From NCBI GenBank assembly GCA_051532055.1, contig JAOPTX010000003.1, positions 167,356 to 231,355 on the forward strand: a stretch of DNA of 64,000 bases, written 5' to 3'. Below the pieces are notes generated by a model. The model saw nothing but the letters and a program-made list of their open reading frames with translations. It did no database searches and had not been told where the DNA came from. Below are positions 18,792-27,991 of this stretch, piece by piece (position 1 is the first letter of the stretch; the number at the start of each line of letters is the position of its first letter). The position numbers and the translations under genes were made by a program. This DNA is from Fibrobacterales bacterium (GTDB lineage: Bacteria > Fibrobacterota > Fibrobacteria > Fibrobacterales > JAOPTW01).

Positions 18792-20465
18792 ATGATTAAA
18801 CGAATAACCTTATTAGGATTAGCACTGAGTATCTTTAATTGTCAAATTATCGATGTAAGAGAAGGAGAGGAGGTTGGTACAGAGAGTAGCAACTATTCCT
18901 CAATAGAGTATGAAAGTTCCGAATCAAGTACCTTAGAGGACTACTCATCTGATGAACAGTGGTCTTCGGAAAATGAAGAGGACCATTGGAGTTGTGATAT
19001 ATCTTCTGAAGAGTGGTCATCGTATAGCGAAGAATCTTCAGATGAATGGGTTTCTTCATCTATTGATATGTCTTCATGGCTCCCACCAATGTCTTCTTGG
19101 GTGCCTCCAACATCATCGTGGATACCTCCTATGTCATCATGGGTACCGCATTCATCAAACGTATCATCTTCATCTATTGTTGTGTATTCATCGGATATTT
19201 CATCATCATCGATTGATCCAGGGCTGGCAACGTTTGTTGACCCTCGGGATGGTGAAGTATATCCTCTAACGACTATTAATGAACAGGTGTGGTTTGCTAA
19301 AAACCTGAACTATAGTGGCGATAATGGCCAGGGTGGCAAAGAAGATCGTATTGGTAAATGCTGGGGTTCAGATGATCAGAGTGATACCGAATATTGTGAT
19401 CGCACTGGTAGACTCTATATGTGGGCGGAGCTCAGCAACGAAAACCTTTGTCCTGTTGGATGGCATGTTCCTGAGCCTAAAGAGTGGCTTACTATGACTG
19501 ATTATGTCTATTTAAACAGTAATGGTGACATCGTAAATGCACTTAAAGCTGGATGGGGTTGGGATTCTCCTTATGATTCTACAGGTGCTGATCTCTACGG
19601 ATTCAGTGCAGTCGCTAATTCTGAATTGGGCAGACTTGAGCCAAGAGGTGCAGAGTTTTGGGCGGGTTATCTTGAAAGCGCTCCTCAAAATTCACTTGTT
19701 CGTGTCGCTTTGGCTTATTATCAAAATGACCATATCGCTTATTTTGGTGCAAACCGAAGCTCTTCAGAATATGGTATTCGTTGTCTGCAAGACGGCATTA
19801 CTATCATAGATGAGCCAGCAGTTATTAATCATGATCCAGGTTTTGTCTATCAGTCAGTTGACCATTTAACCGGTGAATTTGTCGATGCACGTGATGGGCA
19901 AGAATATCCTTTTACACAGGTTGGTTCTCAAACATGGATGGCGGCAAACCTAAATTATTCAGGAGATGATGGCGAGGGGAATAAAACGGTAGATGTTGGT
20001 AACTGTTTTGGTTCTGATGATACTGAAGAGACTGAGAATTGTGATCTGTATGGACGATTGTATGTGCATGATACCGCAATGGGAAGAGGGTATACTACGG
20101 TTCCAGGTCAAGGGCTCTGTCCTGAAGGATGGCGCGTTCCTCTTTGGGAAGACTGGGAAGAACTTGAAGAGTATGTTGATGCCCGCAATGGTTCGCATGT
20201 TGGAGCGCGGTCACTTAAAGCAACAACGGGCTGGAGTTCAATCTATAATCGCTATGCTAACGGTACGGATGTAGTGGGTATGAACTTACAATCATATGAT
20301 AAAACAAATGGCATGGCCCATTTCTGGATGAAATCATTGAATAGCAATAGAAGCTCTACCGTGGTAGTAGGATATTATGGTACTCATTCATTGGGTCCTC
20401 ATACGGGAAGCCAGGGTCCCGCTGTAATGCGGTGTATTTATGCAGCAGAGTCATTTGCTCAGTAA
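18792..20465 (+). CDS. Lipoprotein with Ser/Glu/Trp-rich linker and two tandem FISUMP domains
   Basis: Likely start ATG 18792 (MIKRITLLGLALSIFN-C); two copies of FVD.RDG..Y....I..Q.W.A.NLNY...GRLY...CP.GW.VP...RC. Confidence 0.88.
   Translation: MIKRITLLGLALSIFNCQIIDVREGEEVGTESSNYSSIEYESSESSTLEDYSSDEQWSSENEEDHWSCDISSEEWSSYSEESSDEWVSSSIDMSSWLPPMSSWVPPTSSWIPPMSSWVPHSSNVSSSSIVVYSSDISSSSIDPGLATFVDPRDGEVYPLTTINEQVWFAKNLNYSGDNGQGGKEDRIGKCWGSDDQSDTEYCDRTGRLYMWAELSNENLCPVGWHVPEPKEWLTMTDYVYLNSNGDIVNALKAGWGWDSPYDSTGADLYGFSAVANSELGRLEPRGAEFWAGYLESAPQNSLVRVALAYYQNDHIAYFGANRSSSEYGIRCLQDGITIIDEPAVINHDPGFVYQSVDHLTGEFVDARDGQEYPFTQVGSQTWMAANLNYSGDDGEGNKTVDVGNCFGSDDTEETENCDLYGRLYVHDTAMGRGYTTVPGQGLCPEGWRVPLWEDWEELEEYVDARNGSHVGARSLKATTGWSSIYNRYANGTDVVGMNLQSYDKTNGMAHFWMKSLNSNRSSTVVVGYYGTHSLGPHTGSQGPAVMRCIYAAESFAQ
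19071..19154 (+). repeat. 4 x 21-bp coding tandem repeat (SSWxPPx)
   Basis: SSWLPPM-SSWVPPT-SSWIPPM-SSWVPHS. Confidence 0.85.
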
Positions 20466-20487
20466 TAATTGATCTATAGTTTAACAT

Positions 20488-20515
20488 GGCCATCTCTTTG
20501 AGGTGGCCTTTTTTT
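20488..20515 (+). terminator. Intrinsic terminator
   Basis: ggccatctc-ttt-gaggtggcc followed by T7. Confidence 0.85.
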
Positions 20516-20562
20516 GTGCAATGAATACTATGGTGAGTCTTTAATACAGAAACACGGTTCCA

Positions 20563-21414
20563 CTACTTTTTAATGAGAGTGGAAAGCGGAAAAAGCTGAA
20601 TGTTTGTTTGATATACTTTATTAGTTTTACCTTCACACTGATCAGCAATTTTGATCATTTTGTTCTTGAAATCACGAATAAGTTTATTCATGTCTGATAC
20701 CCCCTGCTCATTGAGGGCTAATGTTGCAGAAAGTATATTGCGCTCTTCTTTTTGAAACCGTTCAATTGCTTGCCCGCCCAGTTCAATAAACTTTTTTTGG
20801 TTATTTCTTATAGAAATGGACTTGGGGAGATAGGGAGGTGTTTCAATAGAACTCTCTTTTTGAGTATAATAGCAGCGAGCGCCTTTCTCGTGTCGTTCTA
20901 TTAGGTTGAGCTTTAAAAGGAGATTAATTGCATTTTTAGCCTGTTGCACGGTTAAGGCAGGTTTCAAGCTTGAACCCAATAATTTGAAATCATCATTGAA
21001 ATCGAGCATGGTTATTATTTCACGAATTGGTGCGACGAACCAGTTTTCATGGTATTCTGTATACAATCGTTCGAGTATATAGGGAGTTCGTGCGGGCTTT
21101 AATGATAGGAGTAAATCTCGGTAATACTCCTGGTCTGTATCGGTCGTTACTGTGCTATACTGAATTAAGACCTCAAAATAACGAGTTTCTTTAGTGTTTA
21201 AGCTGAGTAGTTTTGCCCACTTGAGAAGTGACTCTATCGTGATATTTCTTTTTCCGGTAAGTACGTTGGAAATTATCGAGCGTGATCTAAAGCCACCTTT
21301 ATTCGCAAAAAACTGAAAGGAAAAAGAAGGGCTGTTCTTTTTTTTATCATCAAACCAATCTTTAATGAATAGTTGACTTGACCAATAGTCATAAATATTG
21401 ATGGTGCTTGACAC
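20563..21414 (-). CDS. TIGR02147/DUF4423 family protein (N-terminal HTH-like domain)
   Basis: IYDY, KKK.SP.FS.Q.FA.K.GF.SRS.I..V..GKRN, E.RYF..L, W....IRE, A...L..L.LI, ERN.......L, VYQ.NIQLFPLS; 283 aa, typical of the Fibrobacterota paralogous family. Confidence 0.85.
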   Translation of the reverse strand: MSSTINIYDYWSSQLFIKDWFDDKKKNSPSFSFQFFANKGGFRSRSIISNVLTGKRNITIESLLKWAKLLSLNTKETRYFEVLIQYSTVTTDTDQEYYRDLLLSLKPARTPYILERLYTEYHENWFVAPIREIITMLDFNDDFKLLGSSLKPALTVQQAKNAINLLLKLNLIERHEKGARCYYTQKESSIETPPYLPKSISIRNNQKKFIELGGQAIERFQKEERNILSATLALNEQGVSDMNKLIRDFKNKMIKIADQCEGKTNKVYQTNIQLFPLSTLIKK

Positions 21415-21554
21415 AGTACATACTCTTTTAGAATGATGGGGTCCTTAAAACATAAATGTATTAAATTCCCACTCTTAAATTCAATACGTTCAGTAAATTA
21501 AAATTTACACAATTCAAAATGATCATGGCCTTAGTTTATTCTAAATTGTGGGGC

Positions 21555-23591
21555 ATGATTAAAAATACTATTACACTTATATTTATACTTTCTATCACAA
21601 CGCTTTTAATGTATTGTGACTCAAACAGCTCTAGTGTTGATCCAAATGTCGGTATCTCTATAACAGGAAATAATACTGCCATACAAGCAAAAATTGCAAC
21701 CAATGCTGATTCTGACACTACCAAATTGTTAAATGGTGTCGCGTACCTTTACCGGAATGGTAGTGATTCACTCCTGAGGTCGTTGCCCGTAACTATAGGG
21801 GAAACCATTCTTTTTGACACCCTCGCTGTTGGTATGTATGATGTCCTCATTAAGGATGATACGACTATAGTAGGCGAAAGTCTTTCAATACAGACAATAG
21901 ATAGTAGTACAACTGAAGTTACGGTGTATGTTATGATTATTACCAATATAGCGGGCGACAATGCGCAACAGGTACAAGGAGATGGTAATAGCATAGAGCA
22001 ACATAATGGTGATGGGACCATTGGTGGTGATCAAATTATGGGTGATAAAATTATTGGTAACAAAATAGTTGGGGATGTAACAATTATTCAGACAGGTTCT
22101 GATACTATCGTAATTAAACATCAGCCAGTAGTAACGCAACCAATCAGTAGTGATTCACCGACTGCAATGAGCAGTACACCATTGTCTGCCACCACTGTAT
22201 CGAGTGCTCTTCAATTGAATAGTTCTGTAGCAGAAGTTTCAAGCAGCTCACAGCTCTTTAGTAGTTCACTGAGTACACCGAATACACCAGAAATAGTTTC
22301 CAGTTCAGAATCTCTTATTGTATCATCCAGCTCTTCAGTTCCCGCATCTTCTGAAATAATCATTAGCTCTGGAGAAGTATCAAGCTCAAGTATAGTGCTT
22401 GATTCGATTAATACGATAGAGAGTTTTTCCCTCCACGATCCATTGTATGCTTTTTCATATAATGGCGTTATTGATACGACTTTAAATGAAGTGAGTATTA
22501 CCATTCCTTCAATGACTGACCTCACAACGTTACTACCGAATATTGTCGCGAAAGGTACTGCGTTGTTATATGATTCTACAAATATTTTAGAAAACCTTTC
22601 TTTTGAAATGAGTGCAGAAAATGGTGTAACACGTGAGTACCGTGTAACGATTGCTCGTGATTCAGTCTACTTTATTGAGCAGGCTTATAAGCAAGGACAG
22701 TACATCTCTGTTATGAATGACTCGGTCATTGCTCTCGAGAAGTATTATGCCAACAGTGTAGAAGAAGAGTACAGTTTTACCGTTATGCAAGGATTATTCG
22801 ATAGCGACTGTACTTCTTTTCGTGCACGCACTAATACACAGAAGTTTATAGCACGGAGGGATTTTCTGTTTCAAATTTATAATTATGATTACACTGAAGA
22901 ATTTAAAAAGGATGCTACATTCTGTATTGAACAATCATTTGAAACACCAGGAGCTATATACTTATACGGAAAAAATACTGACAGTTTTATGCATGTGATT
23001 GATTCTAATATTGTGACTTTGGCAAAATTCTATAATTATAGAGCAGATAAAGAGGCGTTTCAGTTTTATTTTAAACCACGCGTCACTGTTGAGGCTGAAT
23101 CTGATCCTTACATTCCTCCAACATATACTGTTCAGAATTCACCAGTACATGAGTCAGCTGATCTACTCGGTAGCTTTTCCTTTGAAGTGTATGGTAAAGA
23201 AGGGTATTATATTGCAAATGATTATGGTATATTAAAAATTATGCATGAATCCGAGCTTGAGTCGTATGATCAAGCAATATTCAATGTTGAAGAGGGGCTG
23301 TATGATGCATCCTGCGTCTCTTTTAACTCACAATTTCAGCCAGGCTATTATTTTCGACATTACAAGGCGGTTGTTGTCGTACACCCTGAAGAGAGTTCAT
23401 CTAGTTACCAATCTGATGCTACGTGGTGTTATGAAACAGGAATCGAAGATTCAGATCTCATAAGTTTCAGAGCACATAATACATCTGGGTATCTCACCTT
23501 TATTGACATGGTAGGATATTGGGCAAGTTCGACCCATTCAAGTTACTGGAGAGAATCAGCGACATTCATTCGTAAAAACCCATTACAATAG
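21555..23591 (+). CDS. Lipoprotein: prealbumin/carboxypeptidase-regulatory-like domain, GD repeat, Ser-rich linker, DUF5018-like Ig domain, two AbfB (CBM42-like) beta-trefoils
   Basis: Signal MIKNTITLIFILSITTLLMY-C; AENGVTREYRVTI; AbfB motifs F.V..GL.D..CVSF.S...PGYY.RH and DATF/W, twice. Confidence 0.75.
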   Translation: MIKNTITLIFILSITTLLMYCDSNSSSVDPNVGISITGNNTAIQAKIATNADSDTTKLLNGVAYLYRNGSDSLLRSLPVTIGETILFDTLAVGMYDVLIKDDTTIVGESLSIQTIDSSTTEVTVYVMIITNIAGDNAQQVQGDGNSIEQHNGDGTIGGDQIMGDKIIGNKIVGDVTIIQTGSDTIVIKHQPVVTQPISSDSPTAMSSTPLSATTVSSALQLNSSVAEVSSSSQLFSSSLSTPNTPEIVSSSESLIVSSSSSVPASSEIIISSGEVSSSSIVLDSINTIESFSLHDPLYAFSYNGVIDTTLNEVSITIPSMTDLTTLLPNIVAKGTALLYDSTNILENLSFEMSAENGVTREYRVTIARDSVYFIEQAYKQGQYISVMNDSVIALEKYYANSVEEEYSFTVMQGLFDSDCTSFRARTNTQKFIARRDFLFQIYNYDYTEEFKKDATFCIEQSFETPGAIYLYGKNTDSFMHVIDSNIVTLAKFYNYRADKEAFQFYFKPRVTVEAESDPYIPPTYTVQNSPVHESADLLGSFSFEVYGKEGYYIANDYGILKIMHESELESYDQAIFNVEEGLYDASCVSFNSQFQPGYYFRHYKAVVVVHPEESSSSYQSDATWCYETGIEDSDLISFRAHNTSGYLTFIDMVGYWASSTHSSYWRESATFIRKNPLQ

Positions 23592-23669
23592 TAGGGTGAC
23601 TTATTGAGGCATCTGTTCTATTGTACCATGTCCCAAATTAATATGAGTTAACCTTGGGAGCATTGAGGA

Positions 23670-24191
23670 TCACACACGTTTTTTACGCTTTCTCTTTTTC
23701 ATAAAGAGTACAAACAAATATATACCGGTCAAGAGTTGGAATACAAAGAACATTTCAGCAACAACGAAGAGGGCATATTTGGTGGTATCTCCAAAATAGG
23801 AGCCATCATGAATATTTTCTATGAAATCGGAGTTGCGCTCTTGAATATGTAGAATAGCACCTGTAGATGCATCAATTTGTACTTCAATATTTTCAGGCCC
23901 GAGAATTTTAATGATTCCCTTTTGGGGGCGTACATCAAGTCGATCAATATGGGTCCATTCTGTTATTGTTGTACGGGAATCTAACCTACAGGCTTCAATA
24001 ATTTGTTCAGGGGTGAGGGTAAATAACTGAGTTGATCCTTGATGTGTGGGTGGCTGAATCCATTCTATCTGTTTTTTGAACATGAGAATCAGGCCCGTTG
24101 TTGAAACGATAATCAGAGGGACCATAACAATGATCGATAACCAAATGTGTATCTTTCTGATGGTCTTGAACGTATTCTTATTTTCTGCCAT
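23670..24191 (-). CDS. PepSY-associated TM helix membrane protein
   Basis: RKIHIWLS...TTGLILM, IDRLDVRP.KGI.K, IENIHDGSYFG, LLTGIYL. Confidence 0.85.
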   Translation of the reverse strand: MAENKNTFKTIRKIHIWLSIIVMVPLIIVSTTGLILMFKKQIEWIQPPTHQGSTQLFTLTPEQIIEACRLDSRTTITEWTHIDRLDVRPQKGIIKILGPENIEVQIDASTGAILHIQERNSDFIENIHDGSYFGDTTKYALFVVAEMFFVFQLLTGIYLFVLFMKKRKRKKRV

Positions 24192-24218
24192 GGGTATCTC
24201 TATTCTCTCATTTTTTAT

Positions 24219-27200
24219 CTATGGGTAGCATTGTATAAAGAGGGTTGCTTGTGGTGTGTTTTCCGAAAGAGTTAGTAAACCATCATGAACGATTCCAGAA
24301 TTAATACGCTCTCCATGAATGGTAAACGTCACATAGGTTTTGGCAGATTCTGGGACTCTAAAGGTTCGGTTTGTATTATCAACGGTATTAATGATCATTG
24401 AATACGAATTCTGATGGGTTAAGGAGTTAAGGGGCGCAGGGTCATCGGAACTTTCTTCTCTATATAAATAGTCTTCACTGCTTGATGAGAGGTCATCTTC
24501 AGAATATGCTATAGAGCTTGAAGAGAGTGAAGAAGATATGTTGGAAGATTCTTCCTCTTCAGATGATGAAAGGGGAAGTGGGGGATTGAGATTTTCGTAC
24601 ACACGGATTTCGTGGACCGTAAGTTCATTGCTGGTGCTGTGAAGGCGTATTTTATTGGTAAAGCCAGTATCGAGAGTAATTACATCTACGGGAGTCACGG
24701 GCTCTAATAGGGGACTGAGTGTAATCCAATTATTTGAATCGTTAAACATTTCAATAGTATAGGTTTCGGGGGTAATTGCTCCCCACTCAATAGCCACCAC
24801 TCCAATGTGATATGAGTCTGCGAGATCAATTGCTATCCAGTGGTCAGTATCTATTGCATCACTACGCCAATAGGTATCTGAATCGCCATCATTTACAAAG
24901 GTATTGCTGTCAGCGGCATAGGTGGATGAAGCGTCACTCTCTTTGTTAAGGGCAATATTTGTCTGAGGAGGGATAATTGTGTAAAGACCCGTTTCATCAG
25001 AAGTGAGGGTTGTACTGTGTTTGATATGGAGTGTGAATGAATCACCGTTGTCAAGTGAGTCGGGTATAGGCCACGAAAAGAATCCCGTCTGAGTTGCTAC
25101 AATACCAATGGTATCTGTTGGTGTGTCAGAACGCCTGAGGGTTACGATAACGTACTCTAATTGATTAGAGTGCCATTGCACCGTAATAGAGTCTTGGCTG
25201 GTAATGAGGGCTTTTTGATTGGAGTTGAGAAGATCAAGTGTGGGAATGACTTTACCGAGTGTGAGATCCCAAATACCTTGCCCCCATGTAGAGAAGCGTA
25301 TGATCTCGGTATCTCCTTTTTTGACCGTGTTGGCTACGTGGCCTGAGAAAATAGGGACTGATCCTTGGAGAGCAAGGGGGTACCAGCGTTCTTCCGATAC
25401 AATAAATACATAGGGTCCTGCTGAAGTTGATGCAAAAATTAGTGATCCTGTCTCATTGGCAGTCATTCCGTTTACCGGAGATGCAGGGAAGAGGTTACTT
25501 CCACTCCCCGTAACATTAGTCCAAGTAGAGCCACCATCTTTTGAGAATATAGAGCGTACTCCGCTACCCGATTCGGTTGCGAAGAGAATCCTTTGATTGT
25601 CGATTGCCCAGCCCATACCAAAGTTACCTCGGGCAACGCCAAAGGTACCTGTAATCCCTGTTACATTGTTCGAAGCAACTTCACTCCATGAATTACCACG
25701 GTTTGTAGAAGTATAAACGAAACCGTTTTCCATAGCAAATACAATGTCAGGATTCTCATGGGATTGGGCGACTCCTTGTACGAAGTACTGACTATTATTG
25801 AGGTCATGTTCTGTACTAGAAATAGAGCCTCCATTGTATTCAAATTTTCTAAGTCTATGACTCATAGTCCATATACGATCACCATTAGACCAGTCTCCGA
25901 CGCCAGGGGTAAAGTAGGCAGCGCCTTTAGAATACCCAGGGTTGTAAATGCTTGACCCAGCTCCACTGAGTCCTTTGTAGGTGCCATCAGAATCATAGAG
26001 CTCAATACGTTGAAAATTGTCGCTGGCTTGATAATTATATTTCCATGCAATAATTCCATCACCTGATATGCAGTTTGGTCCATCACCACCACCCACTTGA
26101 TCCCATGAAAGAAGGTCTGTTCCATAGGTCGAGGCACGGGTATTTTGCCAGCCTTGGTCTTGGGTACACGCAGTCATATCATCTGAGTTGTGTTTGCCCG
26201 AAATTAAACCGCCGCGGTATGCTTCTTGGGTAGGGGCATTAAAGAGGGTTATATTGTAAAAAATATCTTCTATTGACGCTAGGGATGGGTATGAGGTTTT
26301 GGTCCACTCATTGTATGATTTAAATACCCCTCCATCAGTAGAACGCAATGAGAGAAGAGTACCCGATGCATCATAAAAAAATTGAGATGCTTGGTGGTCG
26401 GGGTGAAAGTGAATGCGAACACGATGATCATTTCCTACGGAATTTTGATAGTGCCCCCACCAGTTTTTTGCATCAGAGTTAGTTGTTGCACCAGCATTGC
26501 GTGAAGTGAGTGGAAATGCATAGCCCCCTATTATTATGTCGGGGTTTTCTGGGTTAATACCGGGATACTGGCCTTGAGCCATGTCAGCTTTCATGCTACT
26601 GTACCACCAATTTTCAGTTGCTTGGTACTGCCAGGTAGCTCCGCCATCGACACTATGATACCACTGTCTACTATCTTGAGTCATCCACAGTCGGCGTGAG
26701 TCACCGCCAAGACCAATTTCTGCGCCACTGGCTATGGTCCCTGATTGTACAAAAGATGTTTTCGCACTATTGAGTGTGTAAAAAGTATTTCCATGAGCAA
26801 AATAGACCGCCGCAGCATTGGGTTGTGTTTGCCAGCGCGGCGTGTAGAGTCTCGCATAGGTGTTGGTGGTAAATGATTGAAAGAGGCTAAATGATGACCC
26901 GAGGTCATAGGATACATAGACAGATTCGCCATCAGTAGTATAGATGGTATGATTGTCTTGTCTATTTATAATTGTGCTGATGATCCCGTTTGAAACCCCT
27001 GCAGAGAAGGACCAGGTTGCACCTGCATTGTCGGAATACATGATAGAACCTTGCTCTTCACCTGCAATAATTCTCCTTTGTGAACCATTGGGCACAACCA
27101 TGAGGTCTTCGAATCGTGAGGGGTGTTTCGGGTTGATTATTTTCCAATCGTCATCAGAAAGAGTCCCTTTCCAGATAAACTGTACACCACCATAATGACC

Positions 27201-27653
27201 CATACTTACCGCATAGACGGTATCAGTTCCTTCGTCCATTTCACAAAATTGAAAGGCTCCCGGCATATTCGCAGGGCCTCTACTGGTCCATTTACCAGAA
27301 AATGTGTTGTTAGCCAGATTGTAGAATCCATTTTTTTCTACTGAGGGAAGGATCTCTGAAGTGGGGACTGGAGCAGGAGCACCGAGTGTAAGGGTTGCTT
27401 TGGGTGACCTGATATCGGCATAGCGTTTTTTATTAAAGGCAGCTTCTTCTTTTGTCCAGAGACGACGTTTATGATCACCATAGCGTTCACTCTCTTCGTC
27501 TGTTTTAATGATAACAGGTTTAGGCCAGTTCGATTCTGTGGCTTTGGATACGCCATCGACCGCTGGATTTGCAGTATAAATAAAGTAATAGCCAATTGAA
27601 AGTGCAACAGCACAAGAATAGATCACCCAAAAAGAGATGGATTTTTTCTTCAT
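24219..27653 (-). CDS. Secreted BNR/Asp-box (VPS10/sialidase-like) beta-propeller protein with F5/8 type C domain, Ser-rich linker and C-terminal sorting-like tail
   Basis: WTSRGP; Asp-boxes SDNAGATW, SVDGGATW, STNRGNSW, SKDGGSTW; STWGQGIW; NIALNK...DGDSDTYW...WIAIDL. Confidence 0.8.
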   Translation of the reverse strand: MKKKSISFWVIYSCAVALSIGYYFIYTANPAVDGVSKATESNWPKPVIIKTDEESERYGDHKRRLWTKEEAAFNKKRYADIRSPKATLTLGAPAPVPTSEILPSVEKNGFYNLANNTFSGKWTSRGPANMPGAFQFCEMDEGTDTVYAVSMGHYGGVQFIWKGTLSDDDWKIINPKHPSRFEDLMVVPNGSQRRIIAGEEQGSIMYSDNAGATWSFSAGVSNGIISTIINRQDNHTIYTTDGESVYVSYDLGSSFSLFQSFTTNTYARLYTPRWQTQPNAAAVYFAHGNTFYTLNSAKTSFVQSGTIASGAEIGLGGDSRRLWMTQDSRQWYHSVDGGATWQYQATENWWYSSMKADMAQGQYPGINPENPDIIIGGYAFPLTSRNAGATTNSDAKNWWGHYQNSVGNDHRVRIHFHPDHQASQFFYDASGTLLSLRSTDGGVFKSYNEWTKTSYPSLASIEDIFYNITLFNAPTQEAYRGGLISGKHNSDDMTACTQDQGWQNTRASTYGTDLLSWDQVGGGDGPNCISGDGIIAWKYNYQASDNFQRIELYDSDGTYKGLSGAGSSIYNPGYSKGAAYFTPGVGDWSNGDRIWTMSHRLRKFEYNGGSISSTEHDLNNSQYFVQGVAQSHENPDIVFAMENGFVYTSTNRGNSWSEVASNNVTGITGTFGVARGNFGMGWAIDNQRILFATESGSGVRSIFSKDGGSTWTNVTGSGSNLFPASPVNGMTANETGSLIFASTSAGPYVFIVSEERWYPLALQGSVPIFSGHVANTVKKGDTEIIRFSTWGQGIWDLTLGKVIPTLDLLNSNQKALITSQDSITVQWHSNQLEYVIVTLRRSDTPTDTIGIVATQTGFFSWPIPDSLDNGDSFTLHIKHSTTLTSDETGLYTIIPPQTNIALNKESDASSTYAADSNTFVNDGDSDTYWRSDAIDTDHWIAIDLADSYHIGVVAIEWGAITPETYTIEMFNDSNNWITLSPLLEPVTPVDVITLDTGFTNKIRLHSTSNELTVHEIRVYENLNPPLPLSSSEEEESSNISSSLSSSSIAYSEDDLSSSSEDYLYREESSDDPAPLNSLTHQNSYSMIINTVDNTNRTFRVPESAKTYVTFTIHGERINSGIVHDGLLTLSENTPQATLFIQCYP

Positions 27654-27991
27654 TAGTTCCCCAACTATGTATGTCTGTCATTAGGTGATTGTGTGAAAAT
27701 CACATAATGTATGTCCCCGCTGGTAAATGTAGGTTATTTTGACTCGTAGAGTTCAGGGAGTTGGTTGATTTTTGGGGATAATTTGTGTTTATTGAGAGTA
27801 TATTGATATCAATCATTAATGTAGTAAGTACAGTACAATCATTATTAAGCTGGTATAGGTTAATGCTTACCCTTGGTAAACATTAACAAATGTCCCTTAA
27901 AATCTATATTTGGGCTCATACATTATTTACCTATAGAAGTCACTATTAGATGGCTGTATCAAATACATCTATTATTGAAAGAGAGTTTGAT

